Of a stretch of 64,000 nt of DNA, positions 62,601 to 64,000 are shown piece after piece. The notes below the pieces were generated by a model that searched no databases, was not told the DNA's origin, and saw only the letters and a program-made list of their open reading frames with translations. This stretch comes from Clostridiales bacterium (lineage in GTDB: Bacteria > Bacillota > DSM-16504 > Desulfitibacterales > JAICDB01): positions 33,056-97,055 of the forward strand of contig JAICDB010000001.1 of the NCBI GenBank assembly GCA_020063565.1, in the 5' to 3' direction. A program made the position numbers and the translations under genes. How positions within the stretch are numbered: position 1 is the first letter of the stretch; the number at the start of each line of letters is the position of its first letter.

Positions 62601-62717
62601 TTAATCTTGCTGGTTAATGATATTTTTATCTTTAAATTCACACTTACCGTTAGTGCAAATTCCACCAACATAGAATAAACATGTTACAACTTTGCACTCA
62701 CTACAGTTCTTTGTCAT
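62601..62717 (-). CDS. Unannotated 38-aa Cys-rich small ORF
   Basis: This ORF is not in the supplied track because it is under 60 aa. It has an ATG 5 nt after a GGGGGTG RBS and translates to MTKNCSECKVVTCLFYVGGICTNGKCEFKDKNIINQQD (five Cys). Confidence 0.35.
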   Translation of the reverse strand: MTKNCSECKVVTCLFYVGGICTNGKCEFKDKNIINQQD

Positions 62718-62789
62718 GTTCGCACCCCCATATATTCGCATTACTGTATACAATTATACCACTGTTGTTGGTAAATAGCAAGCCTTTTC

Positions 62790-63638
62790 TTATGTTTCTA
62801 TTGAGGATTTCACGGAAGATATTATTTCACCATCCTTATTCCACTTAATTGCCCGGTAAAAGGCATCATGATAAAATATAAACCAAGCTTCTTCCTGCAT
62901 ACTTTCCTTAACCCATTTCTCCTTGATATAAATTGAATCCATTGGATAATCATCATAAGCTGTCACCCAGAGGGATGACCTGTGGGCATGTGTGGGCAGC
63001 AAGTCTCCCATATGAATACACTTTTCGCCTTCTTTCTCAATTACAACTATGCTGTGACCGTCACTGTGCCCGCCGGTATGTACTATTGTTAAACCTGGCA
63101 ATACTTCCAGAGACTTTTCGAAAGTCACTACCTGTTCGGAAATAGCTTCCCAGTTTTTTCTCCAGTATGTATTTTGGGAACGGATGTTGGGATTTCTCAT
63201 TTCATTCCATTCCTTCCGGGAGGTTATGATTTGCGCTTTTGGAAATGTTGAAACAAACTGATCACCTGCTAACTTTGTGAGGCCGCAGGCGTGGTCAAAG
63301 TGCAGATGTGTCATCAAGACGTAATCTATTTCTTCAGGATTTGTTCCCAATTCTTTGAGGGATGCTTCAATCCGAGACTCCTCAGTGCAACCAAAATTTC
63401 TTTTCTGTTTTTCGGTCAGTTTTTCGTTTCCTATCCCCGAATCTACAATCACTTTTTTACAGTTAATTTCAAAATATATTGGGTCATTAACATGTTTAAC
63501 CTGATTGTTTTCATTGGCAGGATAGCGCTTGCTCCATAATGGCTTTGGGACCACACCAAACATAGCGCCGCCGTCAAGATGAACGATACCTCCCTTTAGC
63601 CAGGTTAGTGTTAGATTTTTTAATTGAAGTTGGTCCAT
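62790..63638 (-). CDS. Metallo-beta-lactamase-fold hydrolase
   Basis: 282-aa ORF with the HxHxDH motif THLHFDHACG and downstream His/Asp ligands (HTGGHSDGH). Confidence 0.8.
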   Translation of the reverse strand: MDQLQLKNLTLTWLKGGIVHLDGGAMFGVVPKPLWSKRYPANENNQVKHVNDPIYFEINCKKVIVDSGIGNEKLTEKQKRNFGCTEESRIEASLKELGTNPEEIDYVLMTHLHFDHACGLTKLAGDQFVSTFPKAQIITSRKEWNEMRNPNIRSQNTYWRKNWEAISEQVVTFEKSLEVLPGLTIVHTGGHSDGHSIVVIEKEGEKCIHMGDLLPTHAHRSSLWVTAYDDYPMDSIYIKEKWVKESMQEEAWFIFYHDAFYRAIKWNKDGEIISSVKSSIET

Positions 63639-63784
63639 GCAAATCCCTCCATATTGGTAATATTATTTACATTATAAAATAATATCGGATCTATAGCTAT
63701 CTTTATAAAATTTTATGATATAATTAAAAATATAAACGAGAATGCTGTTTAGTTATATCAACATATATAGTGGGAGGTTTCTCC

Positions 63785-64000
63785 ATGAAAAATGGTAAAA
63801 ACGGGATAAAGTCAATAGATAAAGCATTAGATGTTCTTGAAACTTTGGCTTCCGAAAATAGAGCCATTGGGGTAACCGAATTAAGTAAAATTCTTAATAC
63901 AAACAAAAGTACTCTCCATGGAACTTTATCGACGTTACTGAATAGGGGATATCTCGATCAAGATCCGGAAACAGGCAAATACAAACTAGGCCTTGCTATA
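63785..64000 (+). CDS. IclR-family transcriptional regulator, N-terminal part (runs off the window)
   Basis: ATG 63785 lies 7 nt after GGGAGG. IKSIDKALDVLETLASENRAIGVTELSKILNTNKSTLHGTLSTLLNRGYL is a typical IclR wHTH. The frame stays open to position 64000. Confidence 0.75.
   Translation, partial: MKNGKNGIKSIDKALDVLETLASENRAIGVTELSKILNTNKSTLHGTLSTLLNRGYLDQDPETGKYKLGLAI

Noticed and set aside
61909-63638. mazEF plus neighbouring genes could be a larger defence island.
   Set aside because: Only a canonical two-gene type II toxin-antitoxin pair is recognisable. The neighbours (MBL hydrolase, IclR regulator) are ordinary metabolic or regulatory genes. No nuclease, helicase, methylase or other defence-type genes are present.

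Overview
This is a 64-kb chromosomal window with no rRNA, tRNA, CRISPR array, transposase or integrase that I could recognise. Gene content points to a moderately AT-rich, strictly anaerobic Firmicutes/Clostridia-type organism; that is an inference from the futalosine menaquinone genes, the anaerobic bza benzimidazole genes, a tungsten-type AOR, an [FeFe]-hydrogenase-like protein and GlpABC. In order, the window contains: (1) a small exported protein and an orphan b6-type cytochrome b; (2) an OmpR/HisKA two-component pair next to a Met/Gly-rich secreted peptide; (3) a short ClpB N-terminal remnant; (4) an ATP-grasp/M20-like fusion protein; (5) a futalosine-pathway mqn operon (MTAP-like, MqnE-like, MqnA, MqnC-like); (6) a divergent biotin locus, bioW-bioF <-> bioB-bioD-bioA, around one BirA-type operator, with bioBDA visibly more AT-rich; (7) a cobalamin riboswitch with terminator driving a complete bzaA-bzaB-cobT-bzaC-bzaD-bzaE operon (anaerobic 5,6-dimethylbenzimidazole synthesis) plus a GGCT-like gene; (8) phoP-phoR and a Pho-box-controlled pstB-phoU pair; (9) an [FeFe]-hydrogenase-like protein; (10) a heterodimeric ABC exporter pair; (11) a clear YihQ-type GH31 sulfoquinovosidase; (12) lytic transglycosylase, DUF362 Fe-S protein, HEAT-repeat protein and C-N hydrolase; (13) a GntR/HutC regulator followed by a long operon: PfkA-family kinase, class II aldolase, sugar ABC importer, FucI-family isomerase, metal-site-less M24-fold protein, MoaD-like protein, polyferredoxin, aldehyde:ferredoxin oxidoreductase and an EamA exporter; (14) glpK-glpA-glpB-glpC; (15) mazE-mazF, a 38-aa Cys-rich ORF, an MBL hydrolase and a partial IclR regulator. 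The main hunting result is that items 11, 13 and 14 share operator-like motifs. Together they look like a sulfoquinovose / sulfoquinovosyl-glycerol catabolic regulon, a sulfo-EMP-like route with non-canonical isomerase, kinase and aldolase. Its proposed aldehyde-oxidising step, a tungsten AOR, is one I do not know to have been described for this pathway. All function calls come from reading motifs and recalling families by eye; no searches were run.
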